A DNA stretch of 25,081 bases from a virus (IMGVR_UViG_3300048897_000074:1-25081); one strand, 5' to 3'. Numbered from the stretch's first letter, positions 16,985-24,515 are shown. Made by a program: numbers and translations. Notes: generated by a model from the sequence alone, not told the origin.

Positions 16985-18046
16985 TTGAGCCGGAATGGCA
17001 GTGGTACTTATAGCTTGCCTGCGGGCAACCCCGTCGTTACAGGCACGACGGTCAGTTCGACATGGGCAAATAATACCTTAAATGATCTTGCCAGCGCGAT
17101 GACGCAATCACTCGCGGCGGATGGTCAGACAACACCAACGGCCGATTTGCCAATGGGCGGCTTCAAACACCTGGATGTAGGGGATGCATTAACCCGCGAT
17201 CAATACCCGAGTTATGCACAGGTCCAAGATAATAAACCGGCCTGGGGCGGCACGGCGGGTGGAACGGCCGATGCATTGACCATTGGTCCTTCAGTGGGGG
17301 TTTCAGCCTATGCCACCGGACAGTCGTTTGAGTTCATTGCCGCCAGCGCCAATACAACGACCACGCCGACGATTTCCGTGTCTGGGTTAGCTGCAAAAAC
17401 GATTGTGGATCGGGCAGGAACAACATTAGAAATTGGCGCTATCCAGCCGGGCCTTTGTCTTGTTGAATACGATGGCACGAATTTTCGGCTGTTTGGCGTA
17501 CGGGTTATTAATTCCACGTCCAGCACCAGTACGACGTTTGCGGCCTCGGCGGCGGCGGTCAAGTCGGCCTATGATCTGGCTACTACTGTCAGCAATAAGA
17601 CCAGCTATGTCTATAAGACAATCACTACGAGTCGGTCCAGCACTACTACTTTAGCGGATGACCCCGATTTAACGTTATCGTTAGTGTCGGGACAAAATTA
17701 TGATATCGAAATAGTGATTTCTTATCAGGGCGCCGCTATTGGCCCGACCAATCCGCAAGGCATTAAATTCACATTGAATTACACCGGCACATTCACCAAC
17801 AGTGGCGCATTTATAGCGAATTACACAGGGGGCACTACTGGCGCCTCACTTGCTGCCCTCTTCTCTCAATCGATTAATGTCGCAACAATCACTGGGTCGA
17901 CGACACAGGATGTGGCTGTTATAAAAGCGGCCATAAAACCCGCCTCAAACGGTACTTTATCCTTTCAATGGTCACAGAACAGTTCTAGCGGCACGGCGAC
18001 TAAGGTATTGGGCGAAAGCTTTATGCGGGTGACTAAACTCCCATGA
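16985..18046 (+). CDS. tail fibre protein 1
   Basis: TTG start with RBS AAGGAG; RNGSGTY.LP.GNPV anchor; STSSTSTTFAASAAAVKSAYDLA tail-fibre repeat; beta-rich C-terminal domain. Confidence 0.82.
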   Translation: MSRNGSGTYSLPAGNPVVTGTTVSSTWANNTLNDLASAMTQSLAADGQTTPTADLPMGGFKHLDVGDALTRDQYPSYAQVQDNKPAWGGTAGGTADALTIGPSVGVSAYATGQSFEFIAASANTTTTPTISVSGLAAKTIVDRAGTTLEIGAIQPGLCLVEYDGTNFRLFGVRVINSTSSTSTTFAASAAAVKSAYDLATTVSNKTSYVYKTITTSRSSTTTLADDPDLTLSLVSGQNYDIEIVISYQGAAIGPTNPQGIKFTLNYTGTFTNSGAFIANYTGGTTGASLAALFSQSINVATITGSTTQDVAVIKAAIKPASNGTLSFQWSQNSSSGTATKVLGESFMRVTKLP

Positions 18047-18096
18047 AAATGATTTTGTGTCTTTTATTAGTTTCAATCTCTACGCTGGAGTAAATA

Positions 18097-19782
18097 ATGG
18101 CGAGGAATGGCAGCGGCACGTATAATCTTCCAACGGGTAATCCTGTTATCACAGGAACCACTATCAGCTCGACTTGGGCAAACAATACCCTATCAGATAT
18201 TGCCTCTGCGTTAACCCAGTCCATCTCGGCCGATGGCCAAACACAAGTCACCTCGGATATTTCAATCGGTGGGTTTCAGCTGAAAGATGTCGGTAATGGT
18301 GTTGCTACCGGCGATGTGGTCAATATCGGCCAGCTCGCTGATACCTCTAATCCCGCGCTGGGGGCTGCACTGGTAGGATATGCCGATCCGGTTGCTCCTG
18401 CTTATCTAAAAACAGTTTCCGACATTATTAATGGATTGGATGTATCTGCATTTAGATTTTTAACTAAAAATCAGCAAACCAATGTTCTGCTCAATAATTT
18501 TAATGATGATTTAACATCACCATTAAATGATGCACATGCTACAGGGGTGATGATTACCTACCCAAGAGGTGGATATAAGATTGTATCTCTGACGATTCCA
18601 GGAGGGGGGATAGCAGGGGCTGGGGAAAGCAATACTATTTTGCTCTGCACTGACACAGGCACCGGGGATATTATCACTTACACAGGGGCAAATGCTCCGC
18701 GCTTCGATGGGTTCAATCTTGGCGCTACGGTTGGAAAAACTTCAGGGAATGCTTTGGTTGTTCAAGGAACAGGGAGTGGCGAGGTATCTGGTGGAAGATT
18801 CTCGCATATTACTTTCCAAACCATTCCTACGGGGATTTATTTCGCACGATCATCTTTATATTCAGTAACAAATTGCAACTTCTACGATTTCTCAAAAACT
18901 GGTTTATTGATTGATAACTTAAACGCTGGGGATTCAGGGGATTCCAGTATTATTGGCTGCGTCTTTGCGGCTCCAACCCCATCATCCAACCGTTATGGAA
19001 TTCAGCAATTAAGCTCTGGAGGACTGAAGATTGTCGGAAATAAATTCAATAACAACACCATTGGCTATTTGCTTAATCTGAGCGATCAAGTAAACACTTC
19101 TGACCTTATGATTGTTGGGAATAGTTTTGAGGGTTCGTCTGCAAACTGTATTCAATTACAGCGGCAAGCAGCAACGACAAAAACATTCAACAATATTACG
19201 ATATCAGGCAATCAATTATTGGTCGAAGGGGCGACGGGTGCAGGTATTTACAGTGCCAATGGCTCCATATTTTGTTCCAATATGTCAATTACGGGCAATG
19301 TGGTTGGATTAAATACTTCAGCCGCACAAGGTATTTTGCTGGATTATGTCAATAGTACCTTAATTGAAGGAAACGTAATTATTGGCAATGCGGGGACAAC
19401 CATAGGATGTAATATTGGGACTCATGGCGATGTAACATTGGGCAGAAATAAATTCTTCAACTGTAATCGTAATTATTCAGTTGGAGTTGGCGGGTTCTCT
19501 GCCGATAAAAACGATATCCAAACTGGCGCAGCAACAATTACAACATCAACTGCTTACGGGGCTATGTTTACTGGCACGGCAACAATCACATTCTCCACGG
19601 CGTTCAGCCCTGACATTCCACCTGCTCTTGGGGATGCAACGGTTAATATCACAGGAACTACGGGTAATGGCGTCGGGGTTCAAGTGAGAACAATCAGTAA
19701 CACCGGTATGACCATTGCAGCTACTGGTTTATCTAGCGGAGGCGTCGTTCCGGTTACTTGGTCCGTTAAGTCTTGTTTATAG
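18097..19782 (+). CDS. tailspike / receptor-binding protein 2 with right-handed beta-helix (pectate-lyase-like, putative depolymerase)
   Basis: Same anchor as fibre 1; GAALVGY neck motif; YPRGGYKI; repeated I.GN strands (IVGNKF, IVGNSF, ISGNQL, ITGNVV, IEGNVI). Confidence 0.85.
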   Translation: MARNGSGTYNLPTGNPVITGTTISSTWANNTLSDIASALTQSISADGQTQVTSDISIGGFQLKDVGNGVATGDVVNIGQLADTSNPALGAALVGYADPVAPAYLKTVSDIINGLDVSAFRFLTKNQQTNVLLNNFNDDLTSPLNDAHATGVMITYPRGGYKIVSLTIPGGGIAGAGESNTILLCTDTGTGDIITYTGANAPRFDGFNLGATVGKTSGNALVVQGTGSGEVSGGRFSHITFQTIPTGIYFARSSLYSVTNCNFYDFSKTGLLIDNLNAGDSGDSSIIGCVFAAPTPSSNRYGIQQLSSGGLKIVGNKFNNNTIGYLLNLSDQVNTSDLMIVGNSFEGSSANCIQLQRQAATTKTFNNITISGNQLLVEGATGAGIYSANGSIFCSNMSITGNVVGLNTSAAQGILLDYVNSTLIEGNVIIGNAGTTIGCNIGTHGDVTLGRNKFFNCNRNYSVGVGGFSADKNDIQTGAATITTSTAYGAMFTGTATITFSTAFSPDIPPALGDATVNITGTTGNGVGVQVRTISNTGMTIAATGLSSGGVVPVTWSVKSCL

Positions 19783-19870
19783 GTTATCGATATTTGACAA
19801 CGTGTTATTTCTTGATGGCTGTGATGTATAAACCATTTGAAGATAAAAGCAGCTCGATAAGGAGCAAAGG

Positions 19871-20149
19871 GTGAAGAATGAGGGCGATGCGGTGAGGGAC
19901 GATGCACAGGATGATTTCTTTGCACACTTGCGCAGGCAGGATGAGCAAATACTGGCTATTCGGAAGGATATTCAATTCCTGGTCGATGTCAGTAGGAACC
20001 TGGAAGGTTTCGCACAGTTCTGTTGTCGCTGGGGCCGCCGAATTAATCGGATGATGAAATGGATCGCGACGATTGTGGCTCCTTTGGTCACTGTTTATGC
20101 CGTGTTCAAAGATTCCATTGACGCCTTATTCAAACGGTGGTTTGGATGA
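19871..20149 (+). CDS. small membrane protein, holin/antiholin candidate
   Basis: One C-terminal hydrophobic helix (WIATIVAPLVTVYAVF); RBS AAGGAG; ATGA-coupled to the endolysin. Confidence 0.55.
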   Translation: MKNEGDAVRDDAQDDFFAHLRRQDEQILAIRKDIQFLVDVSRNLEGFAQFCCRWGRRINRMMKWIATIVAPLVTVYAVFKDSIDALFKRWFG

Positions 20150-20538
20150 ATTACCGACCGCGCGGAATCAGAAATAACAATCCAGGCAATATAAGAGATG
20201 ACGGCACTCAATGGCGCGGAGTAAAGGGGAATGATGGGGCATTCTGTGTCTTCGATACCCCAGAAAATGGGATTCGAGCCATCGCCAAGATATTGAAATC
20301 CTACCAGTCCAAGGGGATTGACACGATCCACGAGATTATCAACCGCTGGGCACCGCCGTCGGAAAACAACACTACGGCCTATGTGTGTGCAGTCGCTGAG
20401 GAATGTGGAATTAATGCCGATAAACTCATTACATCGGCTGATTGGCCGGAGGTGATTGCTGCCATTATCCGTCACGAGAACGGACAACAGCCGTATACGA
20501 AAGATCAGATTCTTACCGGGATAGGAGCTGCCGCATGA
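20146..20538 (+). CDS. endolysin, lysozyme-like ('structural protein P5'-annotated family)
   Basis: PRGIRNNNPGNIR, F.TPENGIRA, RWAPPSENNT.AY, IIRHENG; sits between holin-like genes and spanins. Confidence 0.82.
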   Translation: MNYRPRGIRNNNPGNIRDDGTQWRGVKGNDGAFCVFDTPENGIRAIAKILKSYQSKGIDTIHEIINRWAPPSENNTTAYVCAVAEECGINADKLITSADWPEVIAAIIRHENGQQPYTKDQILTGIGAAA

Positions 20539-20729
20539 AGTTAGTCGATAAATGGTATAAAGCCTGGAGTACATGGTTGTTATCCGCCTCCATCTTTCTA
20601 TCGGGGTTGCAAATGTTCGTGCCGGACATCCAACAGGCCTTGGCTCCTGAATGGTATCGATACGCCTTTGCGATTATCTTAATTGCCAGGATTATCCAAC
20701 AAAACCACAAGCCGGACCCCAATGCCTAA
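20535..20729 (+). CDS. putative holin (64 aa, two TM segments)
   Basis: MKLVDKWYKAWSTW...ARIIQQ; RBS AGGAG; ATGA overlap with the endolysin stop. Confidence 0.72.
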   Translation: MKLVDKWYKAWSTWLLSASIFLSGLQMFVPDIQQALAPEWYRYAFAIILIARIIQQNHKPDPNA

Positions 20730-21225
20730 TTTACAAGCAATCGTGATTGGGATCGTCGTTTCCCTGCTAGCTGGATTTGGAGCAGGCTGGACAGTGCAGG
20801 GCTGGCGTAAGAGCACTCAAATTGAATCACTTAGGACCGCTTCAGCCACGCTACAATCAACGATCAACCAGAATGCTGTGGAGTACATTGCCAAGATCAG
20901 AGAAAAGGATTTAGAGCATTCTAAGGTGGTTAACGCGATTGCTCAATCGCTCTCAGAGGTCAATGCCAAAAATGCGCAACTGGAAAATGATAAGTCTGCT
21001 CGTATTGCTTCAGGGGTTGAGCGCGTGTATGTCCGCGCCAACTGTCCACCCGATCACGGAATGCCCACAGATGCAACCACCCCCTCCCGAGCTGATGAAA
21101 CCGGCCCCGAACTTGATCCCGCTTATCGACAAACTCTTTCCGACCTCCGACGAGAAGCCCGAAACAGTGCCGAACAAATAACCCATCTCCAGGATTATGC
21201 GAAATCCTGTTCCACCCAATTATGA
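20722..21225 (+). CDS. Rz: i-spanin (Rz-like)
   Basis: N-terminal TM then GWTVQGWR, coiled coil, SG.ERVYVRANCP, LQDYAKSC. Confidence 0.9.
   Translation: MPNLQAIVIGIVVSLLAGFGAGWTVQGWRKSTQIESLRTASATLQSTINQNAVEYIAKIREKDLEHSKVVNAIAQSLSEVNAKNAQLENDKSARIASGVERVYVRANCPPDHGMPTDATTPSRADETGPELDPAYRQTLSDLRREARNSAEQITHLQDYAKSCSTQL
20972..21181 (+). CDS. Rz1: o-spanin lipoprotein (Rz1-like), fully embedded in Rz in the +1 frame
   Basis: Signal peptide with lipobox LSAC, Pro-rich CPQMQPPPPELMKP; alternative start ATG 20963. Confidence 0.88.
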   Translation: MRNWKMISLLVLLQGLSACMSAPTVHPITECPQMQPPPPELMKPAPNLIPLIDKLFPTSDEKPETVPNK

Positions 21226-21234
21226 GTGCTGATC

Positions 21235-21642
21235 ATGAAAAGACTTATACTCGCTGTCCTGTGTGCCTCTGCTGGTTTTGCTGGTGCGATCAATCCGTGC
21301 CCACTGGGATCGGGCACCATCTGCCCGGCGAACACTGTGTGTTTAAGCTGGAACCCACCGACTACAAGAGAGAGTGGGGCAGCTATTGGGCTAAGCGAGA
21401 TAGCAAATTATCAACTCCAGCTAAATAATAATTCTCCGATCACGGTGACGGGAACGAGTTATAACTACCTTGTTCCTACCGATACTACGGTAAAAACGAC
21501 TGATACTTGGTCGATCCTTACTGTTGACACCTTAGGAAATAAAAGCACCACACCGGCCAGCTGTTTACAGCCGGTAGCGGTGGCTGGAAAAAAGTCCAAT
21601 CCAAGTGCACCCGTTGGGCTTGGGATCACTACGGGCGGGTAA
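21235..21642 (+). CDS. exported fibronectin type III-like protein
   Basis: Sec signal MKRLILAVLCASAGFAGA; LSWNPPTTRESG...EIANY and VDTLGNKS FN3-type motifs; four Cys in the mature part. Confidence 0.72.
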   Translation: MKRLILAVLCASAGFAGAINPCPLGSGTICPANTVCLSWNPPTTRESGAAIGLSEIANYQLQLNNNSPITVTGTSYNYLVPTDTTVKTTDTWSILTVDTLGNKSTTPASCLQPVAVAGKKSNPSAPVGLGITTGG

Positions 21643-21660
21643 TCTGTACTCGGCACTAGA

Positions 21661-21978
21661 TCAAAATGGCAGACCATCAAGATCGTCCTCAGCAAAATCA
21701 AGGGGGCTTCCAGCAGGCGGCGTTTGTGCTCTTTGCGTATGCGCCGGTTGCTTTCTAGCTTGATCCACAGTCTCTTGACGCGGTTTCGGATCAAAGGCGG
21801 CTAACCAAATACTGCCGTCTTCATCGATCTTACAACCTGCCGGATTAAAGCAGGCATCCAGCTTGATCCGAAGCCCCTTATCGGTTTCCAGTAACGTACC
21901 TACTTTTCGAGTGATGTATTTCTTCTGCCCGTCTTTTGCGTAGGTGCCAATGGTGGCGACGATTTCTTTGTATGACAT
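21661..21978 (-). CDS. putative single-stranded DNA-binding protein
   Basis: Beta-rich basic N-domain, Q/P linker, acidic tail EDDLDGLPF; TAATG-coupled to ERF. Confidence 0.65.
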   Translation of the reverse strand: MSYKEIVATIGTYAKDGQKKYITRKVGTLLETDKGLRIKLDACFNPAGCKIDEDGSIWLAAFDPKPRQETVDQARKQPAHTQRAQTPPAGSPLDFAEDDLDGLPF

Positions 21979-22646
21979 TATTTCTCTACTCCAAAAAATG
22001 ACTCTCTGAACTCAGCGCTTTTCATTACTGTGCGCTCCTGCGTTGTAAATACACCGCCCTTGGCCGGAGCCTTCCATAGCCCATGTTTAACCTCTTCTGG
22101 TAGCTCTTGCCACGCCTCGCAGGCGCTGCTTAGATTGCCCGTAGCAATGCCATCCTTGATAGCATCAATCGAAGGGGTGTATTTGATCACGAGGGCTTTA
22201 TAAACCTCTTCTTCGCTGGCCAGAGTATGGGTTTGGGCATCAGCATCATTATCACCTTCCGTGGGGATACAGAAGGCTTGCATGCACGCGTATTTGTAGG
22301 CAGCGCTCATTGCTTTATTGCAGCTCTTGTCTGCACTGTCCATGGCCTCGCCATACGTTTTAATCGTGTGTTTTGAGCCATCTTCGGCGCTGACGAAATC
22401 GAACTCAACCGCGATGGTAGTATAGAATATCGGCTTACCCGCAGCGGTTTGGCGCTCGACAAACTCACGCTCAACGACGCGCGGCAGAATCACTAAACCA
22501 TGCCGCGCAAGGATGGGTGAAAGCGCATTGTAAACAGCGTCGATACCTCGGAAATTATACCCCTGTTGCTGGTTCTTTGAGGTCTTTGCGATACCTTCGG
22601 TGGAAATATCAGCCATGACATTGGCGATAGCTTTATACACGCTCAT
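21978..22646 (-). CDS. erf: ERF family single-strand annealing recombinase
   Basis: KN.QQGYNFRGIDAVYNAL.P, GEAMDSADK..NKAMSAAYKYA..QAFCIPTEGD.DAD. Confidence 0.92.
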   Translation of the reverse strand: MSVYKAIANVMADISTEGIAKTSKNQQQGYNFRGIDAVYNALSPILARHGLVILPRVVEREFVERQTAAGKPIFYTTIAVEFDFVSAEDGSKHTIKTYGEAMDSADKSCNKAMSAAYKYACMQAFCIPTEGDNDADAQTHTLASEEEVYKALVIKYTPSIDAIKDGIATGNLSSACEAWQELPEEVKHGLWKAPAKGGVFTTQERTVMKSAEFRESFFGVEK

Positions 22647-22831
22647 ATCGGTTCTCCATGCTCAGAACTCTCTTGTTCAGCAAACAATATCTTGTGTCCT
22701 TCATCCAACGCGACACCGCGCTCCCAGCTGCCTAATGGGTATTTGCGGTGCTCGTTCAAAGTCCCTTCTTGTCGATAGACCTGGCGAACATCGAAGCGGA
22801 TTTCTAGTTCAGTTGTTTTATTCATGCTCAT
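22643..22831 (-). CDS. hypothetical protein (about 62 aa)
   Basis: Stop in an ATGA overlap with the ERF start; ATG 22831 or 22825 overlaps the end of the upstream gene. Confidence 0.6.
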   Translation of the reverse strand: MSMNKTTELEIRFDVRQVYRQEGTLNEHRKYPLGSWERGVALDEGHKILFAEQESSEHGEPI

Positions 22832-23042
22832 TTCTCGCTGATTTAGGTGCTGCCGAACATGCTGGACAACGGTCATAACTGTCGTAATTCATGCCGCCCG
22901 TCCAGCCAATAGCAATCGCATCCGCTTGCAATCGATCGTGCATCAACACACGATAACCGCGCTGTGGATGTCCCTCTGACGGGCGACCTCTATATTCGGC
23001 ACCACATTGGTCGCATACCAAACAAAGTTGACCGTCCGCCAT
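22818..23042 (-). CDS. small C4 zinc-finger protein (74 aa)
   Basis: MADGQLCLVCDQC...GW...DRCPAC; ATG 23042 overlaps the upstream peptide stop (TAATG), preferred over TTG 23111. Confidence 0.68.
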   Translation of the reverse strand: MADGQLCLVCDQCGAEYRGRPSEGHPQRGYRVLMHDRLQADAIAIGWTGGMNYDSYDRCPACSAAPKSARNEHE

Positions 23043-23134
23043 TACGCATGCCTGCAAATCAATACCATCATTACCATGGCAAATCCCATACTGAGAAGGA
23101 TTGCACCCCAAGCACTGTTAAGGAGTTTATTCAT
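23042..23134 (-). CDS. 30-aa single-TM peptide MNKLLNSAWGAILLSMGFAMVMMVLICRHA
   Basis: Below the ORF-track cutoff; ATGA overlap upstream and TAATG overlap downstream. Confidence 0.6.
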   Translation of the reverse strand: MNKLLNSAWGAILLSMGFAMVMMVLICRHA

Positions 23135-23427
23135 GATTCACCTTTTGCCTTGGCAATTACTGCTCTATGCGGAACTAGCGCTTCATCTGGCAATAAAGGC
23201 TCAAGATATTGTATTGCATCCTCAAGCGCTTCGAGCAATTCAGGAGCGGCGACCATTAAATACTTATCTGCTCCACTCGGTGGATCGCCCTCGGTTGGAT
23301 AATATTGTTCGCAACTTCCGAAATCACACACCAGCTCGCCATTTGCACCAACTATCTTTGGCATCTCTGAACCTATTAACTCTGGCTCCTCAACCCACAC
23401 CCACGGCCCCGGAGTAAATTTATTCAT
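23131..23427 (-). CDS. phage hypothetical protein of the TPGPW...AAPELLEAL type
   Basis: MNKFTPGPW, LMVAAPELLEALE, AVIAKAKGE motifs; RBS GAGG. Confidence 0.8.
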   Translation of the reverse strand: MNKFTPGPWVWVEEPELIGSEMPKIVGANGELVCDFGSCEQYYPTEGDPPSGADKYLMVAAPELLEALEDAIQYLEPLLPDEALVPHRAVIAKAKGES

Positions 23428-23584
23428 CATCCTCTTCCTCGTAATCATCCTCATCAAACTCCATCACAGACATAGGAATCCCATAAAACAACTCGAACTT
23501 AAGCCGTGGTCGATACGGATCACCGATGGATTTTTCATAGGCTTCGGTGTCGTTGATAACCATGTGGTTTTCTAAGTCAGGCAT
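23420..23584 (-). CDS. 54-aa acidic protein MPDLENHMVINDTEAYEKSIGDPYRPRLKFELFYGIPMSVMEFDEDDYEEEDDE
   Basis: Below the ORF-track cutoff; RBS GGAGG upstream; first gene after the leftward promoter; its stop overlaps the start region of the next gene. Confidence 0.72.
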   Translation of the reverse strand: MPDLENHMVINDTEAYEKSIGDPYRPRLKFELFYGIPMSVMEFDEDDYEEEDDE

Positions 23585-23611
23585 TGGAGTGCCTCCGTAG
23601 GCGATGGATTG

Positions 23612-23640
23612 ATTAAAACAAATACGATTCCTCTTGTCAA
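23612..23640 (-). promoter_or_regulatory. leftward sigma70 promoter TTGACA-N17-TTTAAT with extended -10 TG
   Basis: -35 at 23640-23635, -10 at 23617-23612, upstream of the RBS and ATG 23584. Confidence 0.8.
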
Positions 23641-23662
23641 TGCTGTTGGTAACATATATTAT
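23634..23662 (+). promoter_or_regulatory. rightward sigma70 promoter TTGTCA-N17-TATTAT
   Basis: -35 at 23634-23639, -10 at 23657-23662, upstream of the cro RBS GGAGG. Confidence 0.75.
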
Positions 23663-23675
23663 TAATGGACATTAA
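23662..23675. promoter_or_regulatory. palindrome TTAATG-GA-CATTAA, candidate Cro operator over the rightward +1
   Basis: Perfect 6-2-6 inverted repeat between the -10 box and the cro RBS. Confidence 0.45.
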
Positions 23676-23691
23676 ATATCTCGGAGGCAGC

Positions 23692-23865
23692 ATGACACCA
23701 AAACAAGTTATTACCCATTTCGGCTCAGTACAGAAAGCGGCATTAGCCATTGGCATGACGACACAATGTGTCTATCAGTGGCAGAAGAACAATAAAATCC
23801 CCTACGCTTCACAGCGGATTATCGAGCTGTTAACCGATCATAAACTAGAGGCTAGAAAGCCATGA
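23692..23865 (+). CDS. cro: Cro-like HTH transcriptional regulator (57 aa)
   Basis: MTPKQVITHFGSVQKAALAIGMTTQCVYQW...IP...Q..IELLTDHKLEA is the P22 Cro/DicC-like pattern; RBS GGAGG. Confidence 0.85.
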   Translation: MTPKQVITHFGSVQKAALAIGMTTQCVYQWQKNNKIPYASQRIIELLTDHKLEARKP

Positions 23866-24359
23866 CGCTAGAAAGTGATTTTGAGCGGTTTAATGGCGCC
23901 ATGTCATACGACAAAGATAGCGGGAATATTACATGGAGGATATGGGTTTCTTCTAGCTCATCAATAGGCAGCATTGCTGGGCATGCCAACAAGAAAGGCT
24001 ACATCTATATTGGGCTTGGAAATAAGATCTATCTGGCACATAGAGTGGCATGGCTACTTCATTATGGAGAATGGCCAGACAAGAATATAGACCATATAAA
24101 TGGCAACCCTTCAGATAATCGGATATTAAACCTGAGATGTGTATCGCAATCAGTGAATATGCAGAATTTGAGAAATCCGCCGTCTCATAATAAATCAGGA
24201 CTAATGGGAGTTAGCTGGTTTACTGCGGGCTCTAAATGGAGGGCCACCATAACAATTGGGGGGAAAGAAAAACACCTTGGATATTTTATAGATAAACAGG
24301 AGGCGTATGAAACATACCTGGAAGCAAAAAGAAGACTTCACGAGGGATGCACTATTTAA
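23862..24359 (+). CDS. HNH homing endonuclease with AP2-like DNA-binding domain
   Basis: YLAHRVAWLLHYGEWP..IDHINGNPSDNRI.NLR, then NKSG.MGVSW....KWRA.I...HLGYF. Confidence 0.92.
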   Translation: MTLESDFERFNGAMSYDKDSGNITWRIWVSSSSSIGSIAGHANKKGYIYIGLGNKIYLAHRVAWLLHYGEWPDKNIDHINGNPSDNRILNLRCVSQSVNMQNLRNPPSHNKSGLMGVSWFTAGSKWRATITIGGKEKHLGYFIDKQEAYETYLEAKRRLHEGCTI

Positions 24360-24413
24360 TACTTATACTTTGATTGAATTGGTCACCAAAGGAAAATTAA
24401 AGCGAGAACAATC

Positions 24414-24515
24414 ATGAATGACGACATTACTCCAGGCAGTGCCGCCCCGCTCATATGGGCCGTATTGATTATTGCCATCGGGGCTTTGTATGAAGTGTGG
24501 AGATTTATGCAATGA
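24414..24515 (+). CDS. 33-aa single-TM peptide MNDDITPGSAAPLIWAVLIIAIGALYEVWRFMQ
   Basis: Below the ORF-track cutoff; fills the gap; stop in an ATGA overlap with the next gene. Confidence 0.55.
   Translation: MNDDITPGSAAPLIWAVLIIAIGALYEVWRFMQ

Noticed and set aside
16985-19782. Diversity-generating retroelement or invertible fibre switch
   Set aside because: No reverse transcriptase or invertase; no near-identical template/variable repeat or inverted crossover sites seen; both genes are co-oriented.
19794-19832. Perfect TTGACA upstream of the lysis cassette
   Set aside because: No credible -10 at 16-18 bp; TATAAA at 19827 is 27 bp away.
447-20722. Numerous antisense and alternate-frame ORFs in the track (e.g. 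1896-2330, 2529-2990, 5100-5498, 20095-20574)
   Set aside because: They are shadows of well-supported + strand genes, with no RBS or recognisable motifs.
21222-21428. Cys-rich 68-aa ORF with ATGA overlap to the Rz stop
   Set aside because: Almost entirely overlaps the FN3-like gene, which has a coherent signal peptide and domain; the Cys/Trp richness is expected from an off-frame read of Ala/Val/Gly codons.
21643-21660. Bidirectional terminator between the convergent operons
   Set aside because: The 18-nt gap has no convincing stem or U-tract.
22600-23417. + strand ORFs 22600-22878, 22964-23302 and 23007-23417
   Set aside because: They are antisense to a tightly coupled - strand operon.
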